DNA of 24,815 nucleotides, taken from positions 1 to 24,815 of IMG/VR virus record IMGVR_UViG_3300030098_001697. One strand, written 5' to 3'. This stretch comes from a virus. Its lineage: Duplodnaviria; Caudoviricetes. Numbering within the stretch: the stretch's first letter is position 1; each line of letters opens with the position of its first letter. Shown piece after piece: positions 8,292-17,822 of the stretch. The translations under genes and the position numbers were made by a program. Below the pieces are notes generated by a model. It did not search any database. It worked only from the letters and a program-made list of their open reading frames with translations, and was not told where the DNA came from.

Positions 8292-8629
8292 TGGCAAACG
8301 CATATAAAAATATTCAAAAAACAATTAATGCTGCAGGATCTGATGTAGATATGTATGAGTGTCCAGCAGCCACTACAGCTGTATTTAAATCAATAAGATT
8401 GTTTAATACCCATAGTGGAACTCTAACTGTAACAACAAAAGTATATGATAGTTCAAGCACAACAGATTTTGAGTTTAGTACTAATAATCCAACAGCTAGT
8501 GACAGTGCAGATATGTTAACATTTAATAACGTATTAGTTTTGGAAGCTGGTGATAAATTAAAAATGCAATGTGCAACAGCTGATAAAATTAAAATGACAG
8601 CTGCTGTGCTACAAATTAGTAGGTCATAA
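8291..8629 (+). CDS. Small beta-rich virion structural protein
   Basis: 112 aa; MANAYKN, MYECP..TTAVFKSI, LVLEAGDKLK pattern; TAATG-coupled on both sides. Confidence 0.65.
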   Translation: MANAYKNIQKTINAAGSDVDMYECPAATTAVFKSIRLFNTHSGTLTVTTKVYDSSSTTDFEFSTNNPTASDSADMLTFNNVLVLEAGDKLKMQCATADKIKMTAAVLQISRS

Positions 8630-8874
8630 TGCCATTTAGAGAAAAAGGGTCAGTTATTGTAAAAGATGTAAAGGGTCAAAAGGTAGAGGAGATTGAGAGT
8701 GAAACTATTATTACATTAACTAATAAGGTAACAGGACACGAATATATGTCAGATGAAGCAGCGGAGAGAGATGTAAATGATCCTAATACCTCAACTAAAA
8801 AGGAGGACTTGAGAAGAGACGTTACTATTGATATAAAGAAAATGCCTGATCTTTTCACAAAGACTGGCTTGTAA
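8629..8874 (+). CDS. Hypothetical protein
   Basis: 81 aa, translationally coupled; TNKVTGHEYMSDEAAERDVNDPNT. Confidence 0.65.
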   Translation: MPFREKGSVIVKDVKGQKVEEIESETIITLTNKVTGHEYMSDEAAERDVNDPNTSTKKEDLRRDVTIDIKKMPDLFTKTGL

Positions 8875-8897
8875 AACGTTGATTTTTTATATAGAGT
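8869..8897 (+). promoter_or_regulatory. Sigma70-type promoter for the internal-protein genes
   Basis: TTGTAA (8869-8874), 17 nt, TAGAGT (8892-8897), followed by a short leader hairpin at 8906-8920. Confidence 0.45.
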
Positions 8898-8945
8898 ATA
8901 AAATCCAGGTGAAATTCCTGCCTTTTTAAACAAACAATAATAATT

Positions 8946-10079
8946 ATGGCTATAACTAGAATGCAATTACCCAGAGAAATGTACGCTAACGGAGAGTTAG
9001 TAGAGATGATGGACACAGAAACTTTAGAAGCTGGAGCTCCTAACCTTAGATTACGTGGAGATATGACTCCACAACCACAACCACAAATGGAAATGGAAAT
9101 GGAATCAGCTGGTGGTATTTATAATCAAGGCAGTGACAGAAAAAACGCGTCAGCTGTTTGGAACAATATGGACCAAGGTGATAAAGAAATTTACGATTTT
9201 AATTTTGAAATATTTTTTCAAAGCGGTGATTGGATGGATTCGATTTTAGGTATGGGAGAGACAGAGGAAATGGATAGAATGCCTGCTGCAATGGGTGGTA
9301 TTATGGATTTAGATGCTGGTAGACAAGGATACAAGTTTGGAAAATTTGTAAGAAAAATTACCAAAGCCCCTAAAAAAATTTTTAAAAAAACAACTAGCGC
9401 AATTAAAAAAATTGCAAAAAGCCCAATAGGTAAATTAGCGTTAGCTGCTGGTTTAGGTTATTTAGGAACCGCTGGAATTGGATCTATTGGATCAGGTCAA
9501 ACACCTTTTCTGAAAAGATTTTCTCCAGAAATGTTTAAAAAAGGTTTAACTAAAATGAATCCTATAAGATTTTTGGGACAAACTAATCGTGAATCTAAAT
9601 TTATTTTACCGAAAGCCAAACCGACAGCAACTAAACCAAGCATAATGCGAGACCTGGCTTTAATTGGTATTCCTTCTATTGTAGCAGGAGCATACACAGC
9701 AGCTCAACCAGAAGAAGATCTTGAAATGGAAATTTCAGAAAGACGTGGCACAGATGATGTGGTAGCACCTGTTTTAGCTAACCTTCCTGAGTTTAGATTT
9801 TTAGTTGAAGATGAATATGTCAAATCAGCAGATGGTGGTAGAATAAATAAAGCTGGTGGAGGTATTATGAATATGGGTGGAATGGAAATGGATTTAAGAG
9901 GCGGTGGTTTTGTGCCTATGGGTAGAGCAGAAAAAGCAGATGACGTACCAGCAAGACTATCGAAAAACGAATTTGTATTTACAGCAGATGCTGTTAGAGC
10001 TGCAGGCGGTGGAGACGTTGATCGTGGAGCAGACAAAATGTATAACACAATGAAACAACTAGAGAGCAGAGTAGTATAA
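8946..10079 (+). CDS. Internal virion/DNA ejection protein
   Basis: 377 aa, Met-rich; Lys-rich amphipathic helix plus hydrophobic stretch; C-terminal DDVPARLSKNEFVFTADAV resembles the SDSIPAxLSxGEFV motif of tape-measure/DNA-transfer proteins. Confidence 0.7.
   Translation: MAITRMQLPREMYANGELVEMMDTETLEAGAPNLRLRGDMTPQPQPQMEMEMESAGGIYNQGSDRKNASAVWNNMDQGDKEIYDFNFEIFFQSGDWMDSILGMGETEEMDRMPAAMGGIMDLDAGRQGYKFGKFVRKITKAPKKIFKKTTSAIKKIAKSPIGKLALAAGLGYLGTAGIGSIGSGQTPFLKRFSPEMFKKGLTKMNPIRFLGQTNRESKFILPKAKPTATKPSIMRDLALIGIPSIVAGAYTAAQPEEDLEMEISERRGTDDVVAPVLANLPEFRFLVEDEYVKSADGGRINKAGGGIMNMGGMEMDLRGGGFVPMGRAEKADDVPARLSKNEFVFTADAVRAAGGGDVDRGADKMYNTMKQLESRVV
9069..9104 (+). repeat. Adjacent in-frame hexamer repeats (CCACAA)x3 then (ATGGAA)x3
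   Basis: Read directly; encodes PQPQPQMEMEME. Confidence 0.9.
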
Positions 10080-10942
10080 TGGCAATACAAGAAACTAGAA
10101 CATTACCGGCACCGTTTATTGAAACATTAGGTAAAGATTTAGCAAAACAACTTCCTGCATTAACTGCACAAGCTTTAGATACTTCTAAATTTGCACCTAG
10201 TGTGGCACCACAAGACGCGCTTCAAACGCAAGCAGCTACAATGGCTGGCACAAGTGGTCAAGGTATTGGAGCTTTTTCACCTTACTTAACAGCAGCACAA
10301 GGATACACAGGCCCAACAGCTTACCAACAATTTATGTCTCCGTATCAACAAGACGTAATTGATGCGAGCTTAACAGAATTTGATGCACAAGCAGGAAGAC
10401 AAAGACAAGGAATTAGAGATAGAGCTATACAAGCTGGAGCTTTTGGTGGCGGAAGAGAAGGAGCAGAGTTAAGTCAATATCAAGCAGCTTCCGATAGAAA
10501 TAGAGCAATACTTCAATCAGGATTATTACAACAAGGTTTTGGTCAAGCACAACAAGCAGCGGCACAAGCTTTTGGTCAACAACAAGGACTAGCTAGTTTA
10601 GTGCCATCATTATACCAACAAGATATTGCGACTTTGGGATCAGTGGGCGCAACACAACAAGCCCAAGCGCAAGCTGAAAGAGATGCAACAAGAGAACAAA
10701 ACAGAATGGCTGCCTTTGAACCATATGAAAGATTAGGTTTCTATCAATCAGGTGTAACTGGTTTGATGGGAGGATATCCAGGTCAGTATCAATTTAGTGC
10801 AATTCCAAATCCAACTCCATTACAAACAGGATTAGGAACAGCAGCTACGTTGGCTGGTATTTACGGAGCAGTTAGAAATCCAGGAACAGCAGCTACGTTT
10901 ACTGGATTACAAAACTTCCTTGGTGGCGGAACAAGACCATAA
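10079..10942 (+). CDS. DNA ejection/pilot-like protein
   Basis: 287 aa Gln/Ala/Gly-rich; FMSPYQQDVID, QAGAFGGGRE, C-terminal hydrophobic GLGTAATLAGIYG. Confidence 0.7.
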   Translation: MAIQETRTLPAPFIETLGKDLAKQLPALTAQALDTSKFAPSVAPQDALQTQAATMAGTSGQGIGAFSPYLTAAQGYTGPTAYQQFMSPYQQDVIDASLTEFDAQAGRQRQGIRDRAIQAGAFGGGREGAELSQYQAASDRNRAILQSGLLQQGFGQAQQAAAQAFGQQQGLASLVPSLYQQDIATLGSVGATQQAQAQAERDATREQNRMAAFEPYERLGFYQSGVTGLMGGYPGQYQFSAIPNPTPLQTGLGTAATLAGIYGAVRNPGTAATFTGLQNFLGGGTRP

Positions 10943-11811
10943 TGAATAGAATCTTAAGAAGACCTATGTTCAGAAAAGGTGGCTCTACCGAAAACCAAGG
11001 TATTATGGATGGTATGAGACAGAGATTCAACGAAGGTAAATTTGTACAAGAATTAAAAGATAGAGTAGCAGCTGTAAATAAACTTGCTCCATCACAGCCT
11101 GCAAGTTTAAATAATTTTTTAATAGATTTTGGTTTAGATCTTATGTCTAGATCACCTCAAGGTAATGTATTACAAACTGCAGCGTCCTCAGCAAGAGGTC
11201 CTTTCCAAAGATTTCAACAACAAAGAGCTCAAGAAGTAGCAGCTAATAGAAATTTAGTAGGTAGTTTAGCTAAAGGTATACAAGAGAGTAGAGGTAAAAC
11301 ATCTAGTCAATTATTAAGAGCTCAAGAATTATATACAAAAGGAGCTATAGATCCAAGAGATGGAAAACCTTACGATAGTGTTAAAGATGCGTTAGAATAT
11401 GTTTCTCTTTCTGCAGCTGATCCAGCCAAACTTTCTATTGAAGGACAAAAAAAATATAGAAGAAGTGAGTTAGGAAAAGAAAATGTTATGGGTGAACAAG
11501 CTGACAAAATTATTCAATTTGAATTTGAAATTAAACCTATGATGGATGAAAAGCTTCCAGGTCATTCGGGAATGTTACCAAGTAGTGGAATAAAACGTAG
11601 ACAACTTCTTCAACAAACTGCATCAGGAGCATACTTCTTTGATCCTCAAGATGGCTTAGTTAAACAGTGGGTTGGTTTTAATGCAAACGGTCAAGAAGGT
11701 TGGGATTATTTAGACCAAAAAACATTTGAATCTAAACCAGATTCTGAAGAAAGAGAAGACATTCAAGTTAGTGAAACACTAGAAAATTTTCCTGACGAAC
11801 CAATGGCATAG
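10942..11811 (+). CDS. Internal virion/ejection protein
   Basis: 289 aa; MNRILRRPMFRKGG start, FLIDFGLDLMS; lies between the pilot-like and large internal protein genes. Confidence 0.6.
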   Translation: MNRILRRPMFRKGGSTENQGIMDGMRQRFNEGKFVQELKDRVAAVNKLAPSQPASLNNFLIDFGLDLMSRSPQGNVLQTAASSARGPFQRFQQQRAQEVAANRNLVGSLAKGIQESRGKTSSQLLRAQELYTKGAIDPRDGKPYDSVKDALEYVSLSAADPAKLSIEGQKKYRRSELGKENVMGEQADKIIQFEFEIKPMMDEKLPGHSGMLPSSGIKRRQLLQQTASGAYFFDPQDGLVKQWVGFNANGQEGWDYLDQKTFESKPDSEEREDIQVSETLENFPDEPMA

Positions 11812-11819
11812 GAGGATAG

Positions 11820-14800
11820 ATGGCAGTAAAATATTCTAGCCCTTTATCCGGACCCGAGCTTAATAATGAAACAAATTTTTTTGTTTCAGGAGCAGCAGGT
11901 ATTGCTTCAGGTATTATTAAAATTCCAGAAGGTGTTGTATCTCTTGCTGCAGAACTCATTGACCTCGGAGCAGGAACGGATGTAGCTGCAGACGTAGAAA
12001 AATTTTTTGACAAAATAAATCCTTTTGAAGAAATAGCTGATGACAGAGCTATTGGTAAACTTACAGAAGCCTTAATTCAAATAGGTGTACCCGGAGCTGC
12101 AGGTTTTAAAACTGCAACTAAACTAGCTGACAAAGCATTAAAAGCAAAAAGAAGTGGTAACTATGCTAATCTTAAAAACCCTAATCTACAGAAAGCTGTT
12201 AAAAAAGCTGGTGAGTTAAACCAAGCAGGTAAAACAAAAAGATTTGCTGCGGGTGTTGTGGGTGGTGCAGCAGGTGAAACTTTAGTAGCCGATGTAGAAA
12301 ACATAGGAACTTTTGGTGATTTGTTTGGTGGCGGACCTACTGAACTTCAAGAAGAAACAGGGTTTGAGGACAACAGAGGCGAAGCTTTAAGAAAATTAAT
12401 GAACAGGGTTAAGTTTGGTTCTGAGTCTTTAGCCATAACTCCTTTCGTATATGGTGTGGGCACAGGTGCCAAAGCTTTAGCGCAAAGAGGTAAAGACTTA
12501 GCATACAGCAATTCTCAATTTGAAAGATTTGTAGATAAGATTGGAAGCACTTTTAGAGCAAGAGGAGCTAAACCCCAAGAAATATTTGAAGCTAAGATGA
12601 GAGAGTTTGGTAGAAAATCAAGAGATGCTAATCGTGCTACAGAGCTTGTTAAAGGTATAGATAGAAACGTTGATGAAATGTTTGGTGGAGTACAAGGGGT
12701 GTTTGATAAATCTACAAGAGTTGAAAAAGATAAATTTTTAGGTCAAGTAAATGAATTGCTTTTTAGTGGTAATTTAAGAGGACGAATGGATCAAAGTCTT
12801 AGAAATACTATTTTAAAAACAATGAAGAAAAAAGGAATTACTGAAGAAAACCAACAATTGTTAATGCAATCTTTAACAGGGGCAAGAAAAGAGTTTGCTG
12901 GTTTATTAGATCTTACAGCAAAATCACCTGGTGTGGGTAAAACAGAAAGTAAAGTAAAAAATTTAGAAGAAATAATGGGGGACAGAGTTAAACAATATCT
13001 CGGTAATACTTATAAAATTTTTGAAGATAAATCTATTATTCCTTTTGCAAACTATAAACCAACCGATCAAGCTATAAACAATGCAATGAAAATTTTTAAA
13101 AGATATGGAAAAAAAGCTACAGGTAAAAGATTAACTAATCAAGAAGCCAGATATATGGTTGATAAGGTTTTACAGACAGCGAGACAAAGTAATCCTAAAA
13201 CTCAATTACCAAGATTTAAATATACCAACCTAACTCAAGGTGCAACTAATCCAGAAACATTTAAAAACTTTGTAAGAACAGTAGAGAAGGGAAAATACTT
13301 TACAGATCGTGGAGGACCTACCGTTATAGGTCAAGGTAGTAAAGCTTTCAGAGAACTGTTCGGTAAAATAGAAGACCCTAGATATTCTATTTATAATGGA
13401 ATGACAAAAATTTCTGCTATGGCAAGAAAAAATCAATTGTTTGGAGAGATAACACAAATGAATGATGATTTAATTAAACAAGGTAAAAGAGGATTTTTCT
13501 TTGATGATGAATTAAAAGCAGCAAGAGCTTTACCTAATCAAGACATAGTTAAATTAGATAGTTATCTAGATCCTTTAGTTAAGGACGGAAATTTAGTTAA
13601 CCCATTAAAAGGATATTACACTACCAAATCAATTGCAGAAGGTTTAGGAAATGCTGATAAAGTTTCTAAACTAGTTAGAGGAGAAAGAGAAGGAGCCAAC
13701 ATAGCAGAGAGAGGCATCTCTTGGTTATGGAGAAATTTACTTTTATATCCTAAAGGAATATCTCAAATATCTAAAACTGTTTTATCCATACCAACCCACT
13801 TACGAAATTTTTTTAGCGCAGGAGCATTTGCTGGTGCCAATGGAGTCCTGTTTGAAAATCCAGCGTTAGTTGCAAAATCATTTAAAGATGCTTTTGGCCC
13901 TTTGCAAGTTGGAACAAGATCAGCTGCAGGCAATAAAAGGTACCAAGAACTTTTAGAACTAGGAGTGGTTAACTCTCAAGTTCAAATAGGAGATCTTAAA
14001 AATCTTTTAAAAGATGTTAAATTTGGTGAAACTGTCCAAAATATGGATGGTATTTTAAAACCAATGATCAACAAATTTAAAAACGTCGGTAAAACATTTC
14101 AAGATTTATATGTAGCAGAAGATGATGTGTGGAAAATTACTAACTTTGCTGTGGAAAGAAACAGACTACAAAACGCTTATGCAAAAGCTAAGCTAAAACC
14201 ATCCGCCAAAGCTTTAGACGAAGAAGCTGCCAACATTGTTAGAAACACTGTTCCTAATTATGCTTACGTATCAGATTTTGTAAGAGCTATGAGAGCAATA
14301 CCGTTTGGTAACTTTATGTCATTTCCATCTGAAATTTTTAGAACCACAACTAACATAGCTAAACGAGGATTAAGTGAGATAAGAGATCCAATTACTGGTA
14401 AAATAAATCCTTTGACTAGCACAAATCCATTGAAAGCAGTAGGAATGAAAAGGTTAGCTGGAATGGCTACTACACTAGCTGTTGTCCCATACACAGCACA
14501 AAAAGGTGCACAAGCGTTATACAACGTCACCAATGAACAACTAGAAGCTTTAAAAAAATTCGTACCAGAGTGGTCTAAAAATTCTGTAATTTTACCTGTA
14601 AGAGATGAGGACACTGGTAAACTTAAATATATAGATTTTAGTCATAGTAATGCTTATGACACCGTAGCAAGACCTTATTTAACTTTGTTAAATAATATTC
14701 AAGCGGGTATTGATAACGAAGAGGTACTAATGAAAGGTTTTGTAAAAGGTGTACAAGAGGCCGCTGGTGAAGTAGCCGATCCATTTATTTCTGAGTCTAT

Positions 14801-15692
14801 TTTTACAGAAGCTTTATTTGATTTAACAACAAGAAGAGGTAGAACAGCAGACGGAAGAGAATTATACACAGACGAAACTCCTGAAGGTGATAAAATTGAT
14901 ATTCAAATTAGACATTTAGCTAAAGCTTTATTACCTAGTATGAGACAATACGAAAGATTAACAAAAGCTGGTCTTGATATACGTGGTAAAAGAGGTGAAA
15001 AGTATGAACTACCAGATGAGGTTCTTGGTTTTGCAGGGTTTAGACCAGTTCCAGTTGATCCAATAAAATCTATGGGTTTTAAAATTTCTGAATATCAAGA
15101 TGGTATTAGAAATGCTAGAAAAGAATTTACTGGTGGTGCGTTTGGAGTTTTATCAGGTGGTGAAAAAACACCTCAACAAGTTTTAGATAGATACATTGCA
15201 TCTAATCAAGCTAGATTTAAAGTTCAGAAAAAAATGTACGAAGATTTAAAAGCAGCTGAAATATTGGGAACAGAAGACAGTGAACTTTTTGGAGAATTTA
15301 GAGACAGACAAATAAGTGCAAGAACTTACAACGCATTATCGCAAGGAATGTTTGATCCTTACTATCCTTCAAGAGGAGTGATAAGTAAATTCCAAGAAAT
15401 TGCAGATGATTTAGGTGGTATAAATCCATTTACGGAAATACAACCTATTATAAACGATTTATATCAAGATCTTAATGGATTAAGTTTAGATATGGATTTT
15501 GAAATAGAAGAAGGTTACGAAGACATAGAAGAATTTATAAGTCAGGCCCCACCTTTACCACAACAACCACAGCCAGTTGTGCAAAGTCCAGTATTAACGG
15601 GACAAATTAATCCACAAACAAGGTTGACACAAACAGAAACAGCGTTATTGTCACCAATGGAACAACTTATAAGACAAAGAAGTAGAACTTAA
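11820..15692 (+). CDS. Large internal virion/DNA ejection protein
   Basis: 1290 aa helical protein at the end of the structural module; GGAGG RBS; KTVLSIPTHLRNF, PFGNFMSFPSEIFR, YIDFSHSNAYD. Confidence 0.7.
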   Translation: MAVKYSSPLSGPELNNETNFFVSGAAGIASGIIKIPEGVVSLAAELIDLGAGTDVAADVEKFFDKINPFEEIADDRAIGKLTEALIQIGVPGAAGFKTATKLADKALKAKRSGNYANLKNPNLQKAVKKAGELNQAGKTKRFAAGVVGGAAGETLVADVENIGTFGDLFGGGPTELQEETGFEDNRGEALRKLMNRVKFGSESLAITPFVYGVGTGAKALAQRGKDLAYSNSQFERFVDKIGSTFRARGAKPQEIFEAKMREFGRKSRDANRATELVKGIDRNVDEMFGGVQGVFDKSTRVEKDKFLGQVNELLFSGNLRGRMDQSLRNTILKTMKKKGITEENQQLLMQSLTGARKEFAGLLDLTAKSPGVGKTESKVKNLEEIMGDRVKQYLGNTYKIFEDKSIIPFANYKPTDQAINNAMKIFKRYGKKATGKRLTNQEARYMVDKVLQTARQSNPKTQLPRFKYTNLTQGATNPETFKNFVRTVEKGKYFTDRGGPTVIGQGSKAFRELFGKIEDPRYSIYNGMTKISAMARKNQLFGEITQMNDDLIKQGKRGFFFDDELKAARALPNQDIVKLDSYLDPLVKDGNLVNPLKGYYTTKSIAEGLGNADKVSKLVRGEREGANIAERGISWLWRNLLLYPKGISQISKTVLSIPTHLRNFFSAGAFAGANGVLFENPALVAKSFKDAFGPLQVGTRSAAGNKRYQELLELGVVNSQVQIGDLKNLLKDVKFGETVQNMDGILKPMINKFKNVGKTFQDLYVAEDDVWKITNFAVERNRLQNAYAKAKLKPSAKALDEEAANIVRNTVPNYAYVSDFVRAMRAIPFGNFMSFPSEIFRTTTNIAKRGLSEIRDPITGKINPLTSTNPLKAVGMKRLAGMATTLAVVPYTAQKGAQALYNVTNEQLEALKKFVPEWSKNSVILPVRDEDTGKLKYIDFSHSNAYDTVARPYLTLLNNIQAGIDNEEVLMKGFVKGVQEAAGEVADPFISESIFTEALFDLTTRRGRTADGRELYTDETPEGDKIDIQIRHLAKALLPSMRQYERLTKAGLDIRGKRGEKYELPDEVLGFAGFRPVPVDPIKSMGFKISEYQDGIRNARKEFTGGAFGVLSGGEKTPQQVLDRYIASNQARFKVQKKMYEDLKAAEILGTEDSELFGEFRDRQISARTYNALSQGMFDPYYPSRGVISKFQEIADDLGGINPFTEIQPIINDLYQDLNGLSLDMDFEIEEGYEDIEEFISQAPPLPQQPQPVVQSPVLTGQINPQTRLTQTETALLSPMEQLIRQRSRT

Positions 15693-15886
15693 TGGCAATA
15701 GAACCTAAAACAACAAGAGAACATATTGTATCCCTCTATGGACACGTAAAGGGTGTGAAGAGAGACATTAGTCATATGCACAAAGGTATTCACGAATTGG
15801 GCGGCAAGATAGATAAAATCTATTGGGTTCTTTTAGCTACGGTGGGGGCTGTAGCACTTCAACTATTTCAACATTTTTTAGGATGA
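15692..15886 (+). CDS. Putative holin-like membrane protein
   Basis: 64 aa; heptad-like N-terminus then one hydrophobic helix (IYWVLLATVGAVAL); directly upstream of the endolysin. Confidence 0.55.
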   Translation: MAIEPKTTREHIVSLYGHVKGVKRDISHMHKGIHELGGKIDKIYWVLLATVGAVALQLFQHFLG

Positions 15887-16356
15887 AATTAACAGCTAAT
15901 TTTACACTCGACGAATTAATTAAAAGCCAAGTTGCTGAACGTAAAGGTATTAACAATAACCCTAGTCCAGAACAAATAGAAAATTTAAAAGCTCTAGCTG
16001 TAAATATTTTACAACCGGTTCGATCTCATTACAACACAGCACTACAAATCTCTAGCGGTTTTAGATGTGCAGAACTTTGTATAGCGATCGGCAGCTCAAT
16101 CAACTCACAACACGTAGCAGACGACAATGCAGCTGCAGCTGATTTTGAAATTTGGGGTAAAGATAATAAAGAGGTGGCTTCGTTTATCAAATCAGAGCTA
16201 GAATTTGACCAACTTATACTTGAGTTCTACAAAGAGGGGGAACCAAACTCTGGTTGGATACACTGTAGTTATTCTTCTAATCACAATAGAAATCAATGTT
16301 TATATGCGAGTCGTGGTAAAGACGGTAAAACACAATACACTCCTTGGTTAGAATAA
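15883..16356 (+). CDS. Endolysin, peptidase M15A family
   Basis: Start reassigned to ATG 15883 (ATGA overlap; MKLTANFTLDEL); SSGFR, SQH...AAD and WIHCSY Zn-peptidase motifs. Confidence 0.88.
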   Translation: MKLTANFTLDELIKSQVAERKGINNNPSPEQIENLKALAVNILQPVRSHYNTALQISSGFRCAELCIAIGSSINSQHVADDNAAAADFEIWGKDNKEVASFIKSELEFDQLILEFYKEGEPNSGWIHCSYSSNHNRNQCLYASRGKDGKTQYTPWLE

Positions 16357-16380
16357 AAATTTTGCGCGCCTCGCGTGTAA
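16357..16380. terminator. GC hairpin between convergent genes, possible bidirectional terminator
   Basis: TTGCGCGC-CTC-GCGTGTAA (16362-16380) on +; on - CGCG-AGG-CGCG followed by CAAAATTTTT. Confidence 0.5.
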
Positions 16381-16386
16381 GTCCTA

Positions 16387-17817
16387 CTAAATCCAGGATC
16401 TAATTTCTTCTCCCATCACTTTAGAAGCTATATTTATCTTTCTTCGTAAAGATTTTACAATATTGGTGTCTATTGTATCATCTGCTATAAGATCTATGTA
16501 TGTCACTGATTTCTTTTGTCCTATTCTATGTGCTCTGTCTTCTGATTGCATTCTTTTTTCTAGATCATACCCATTAGAATAATAGATTACAGTATTGGCA
16601 ACAGTTAAAGTCAAGCCATAACCACCTGTTTGTGGCGTTCCTACAAAAAATCTACATTTATCTTTTTTCTTAAAGTCTTCTAATGCTTTGTCTCGTTCTT
16701 CGGGAAGCGTTTTACCGTAGTAATGAACCACGGAACCCGGACCATATTCTTTTTCTATTTCTTTTACTATTGTTTGCACATCGTGTTGATAATGGGCCCA
16801 TATAATGGATTTACCCTCTACTTCATCTAATACATCCATTAGTTCTACAATACGATTGTTCTTTATGTTTTGTATTGAACCATCATCAGATGTAAAATGA
16901 CCACAAGTTATTTGATGTAGTCGCATAATTTGCGTAAGTGCTGTTGCAGTTGTAACTGTTTTTCCATTTAGTGTAGCTAATGCTTCTTGTTTCATTTGTT
17001 TGTATACTTTAAGTTGTTCTGGTGTAAGCGTAATTTCTCGTTTCATATATATTTTAGCGGGTAAATCTAAACAATCTTCTTTCAATACTCTGTATGAAAA
17101 TGGTCTTAATTTTTCTGTTAATTCATCTAAACGTTGAAATCCTACTACTAAATTAATAGAACGCCCTGCTATTACTGTTTGTTTCATTAATGCATATCTT
17201 GTTCTAAATGAATAGTATGAACTATGATCTAGATGATAAGGATCTAAAAAATCACATTGTGTATATAAATCTAATGGATTTTTAGTTACAGGAGAACCAG
17301 TCATTACCCTTCTATAGTTAGAAATTTTTCTTAATGCTAAAATATTTTTAGTTCTTTTTGCTTTAGGGTTTTTTATTGTTGTGCTTTCATCAATAGCCAC
17401 AAGAGCATTGTGTGCGATTAAAAAATCCATAGCAAAATTTTTACCTTTATCTGTGCTAAAAGCTTCTACATTCATAATTAATATATGAAGTTCGTGACCT
17501 GTAGCCATAACACTTTTTAATTTTTCGAATTGTTTTTTATTAATATTTGCTTGCCACAATACGGACACACTTTCTATGTGTGTGGGTAAATGAGCAGGCA
17601 ACTCCTGATTGTACCAAGTTCCAATAACACCTTTGGGTGCAATAATAAGTGCACCATTAATTTTTCCCCTATCATACAACATAGCCATATTATCAATAAG
17701 AACTTTAGTTTTACCCGTACCCATTTCCATAAAATAAGCAAACGATTCTTTGTTCCACGACTTTTCTAAAGCAGTGATTTGATGCTTATACGGCTTCGTC
17801 TTAAATTTGTAATTCAT
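16387..17817 (-). CDS. SNF2-family (SF2) helicase
   Basis: MEMGTGKT (motif I), IDESTTIKN (II), MTGSP (III), GGYGLTL (V), QSEDRAHRIGQ (VI). Confidence 0.93.
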   Translation of the reverse strand: MNYKFKTKPYKHQITALEKSWNKESFAYFMEMGTGKTKVLIDNMAMLYDRGKINGALIIAPKGVIGTWYNQELPAHLPTHIESVSVLWQANINKKQFEKLKSVMATGHELHILIMNVEAFSTDKGKNFAMDFLIAHNALVAIDESTTIKNPKAKRTKNILALRKISNYRRVMTGSPVTKNPLDLYTQCDFLDPYHLDHSSYYSFRTRYALMKQTVIAGRSINLVVGFQRLDELTEKLRPFSYRVLKEDCLDLPAKIYMKREITLTPEQLKVYKQMKQEALATLNGKTVTTATALTQIMRLHQITCGHFTSDDGSIQNIKNNRIVELMDVLDEVEGKSIIWAHYQHDVQTIVKEIEKEYGPGSVVHYYGKTLPEERDKALEDFKKKDKCRFFVGTPQTGGYGLTLTVANTVIYYSNGYDLEKRMQSEDRAHRIGQKKSVTYIDLIADDTIDTNIVKSLRRKINIASKVMGEEIRSWI

Positions 17818-17822
17818 TTTAT

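Noticed and set aside
2824-14614. Minus-strand ORFs at 2824, 3323, 4178, 6133, 8676, 9497, 9704, 11768, 13230 and 14264
   Set aside because: Antisense to well-supported coupled genes, with no recognisable motifs.
15823-15882. Upstream start of the endolysin given in the ORF track
   Set aside because: Overlaps the holin by 64 nt; ATG 15883 gives an ATGA overlap and a typical MKLTANF start.
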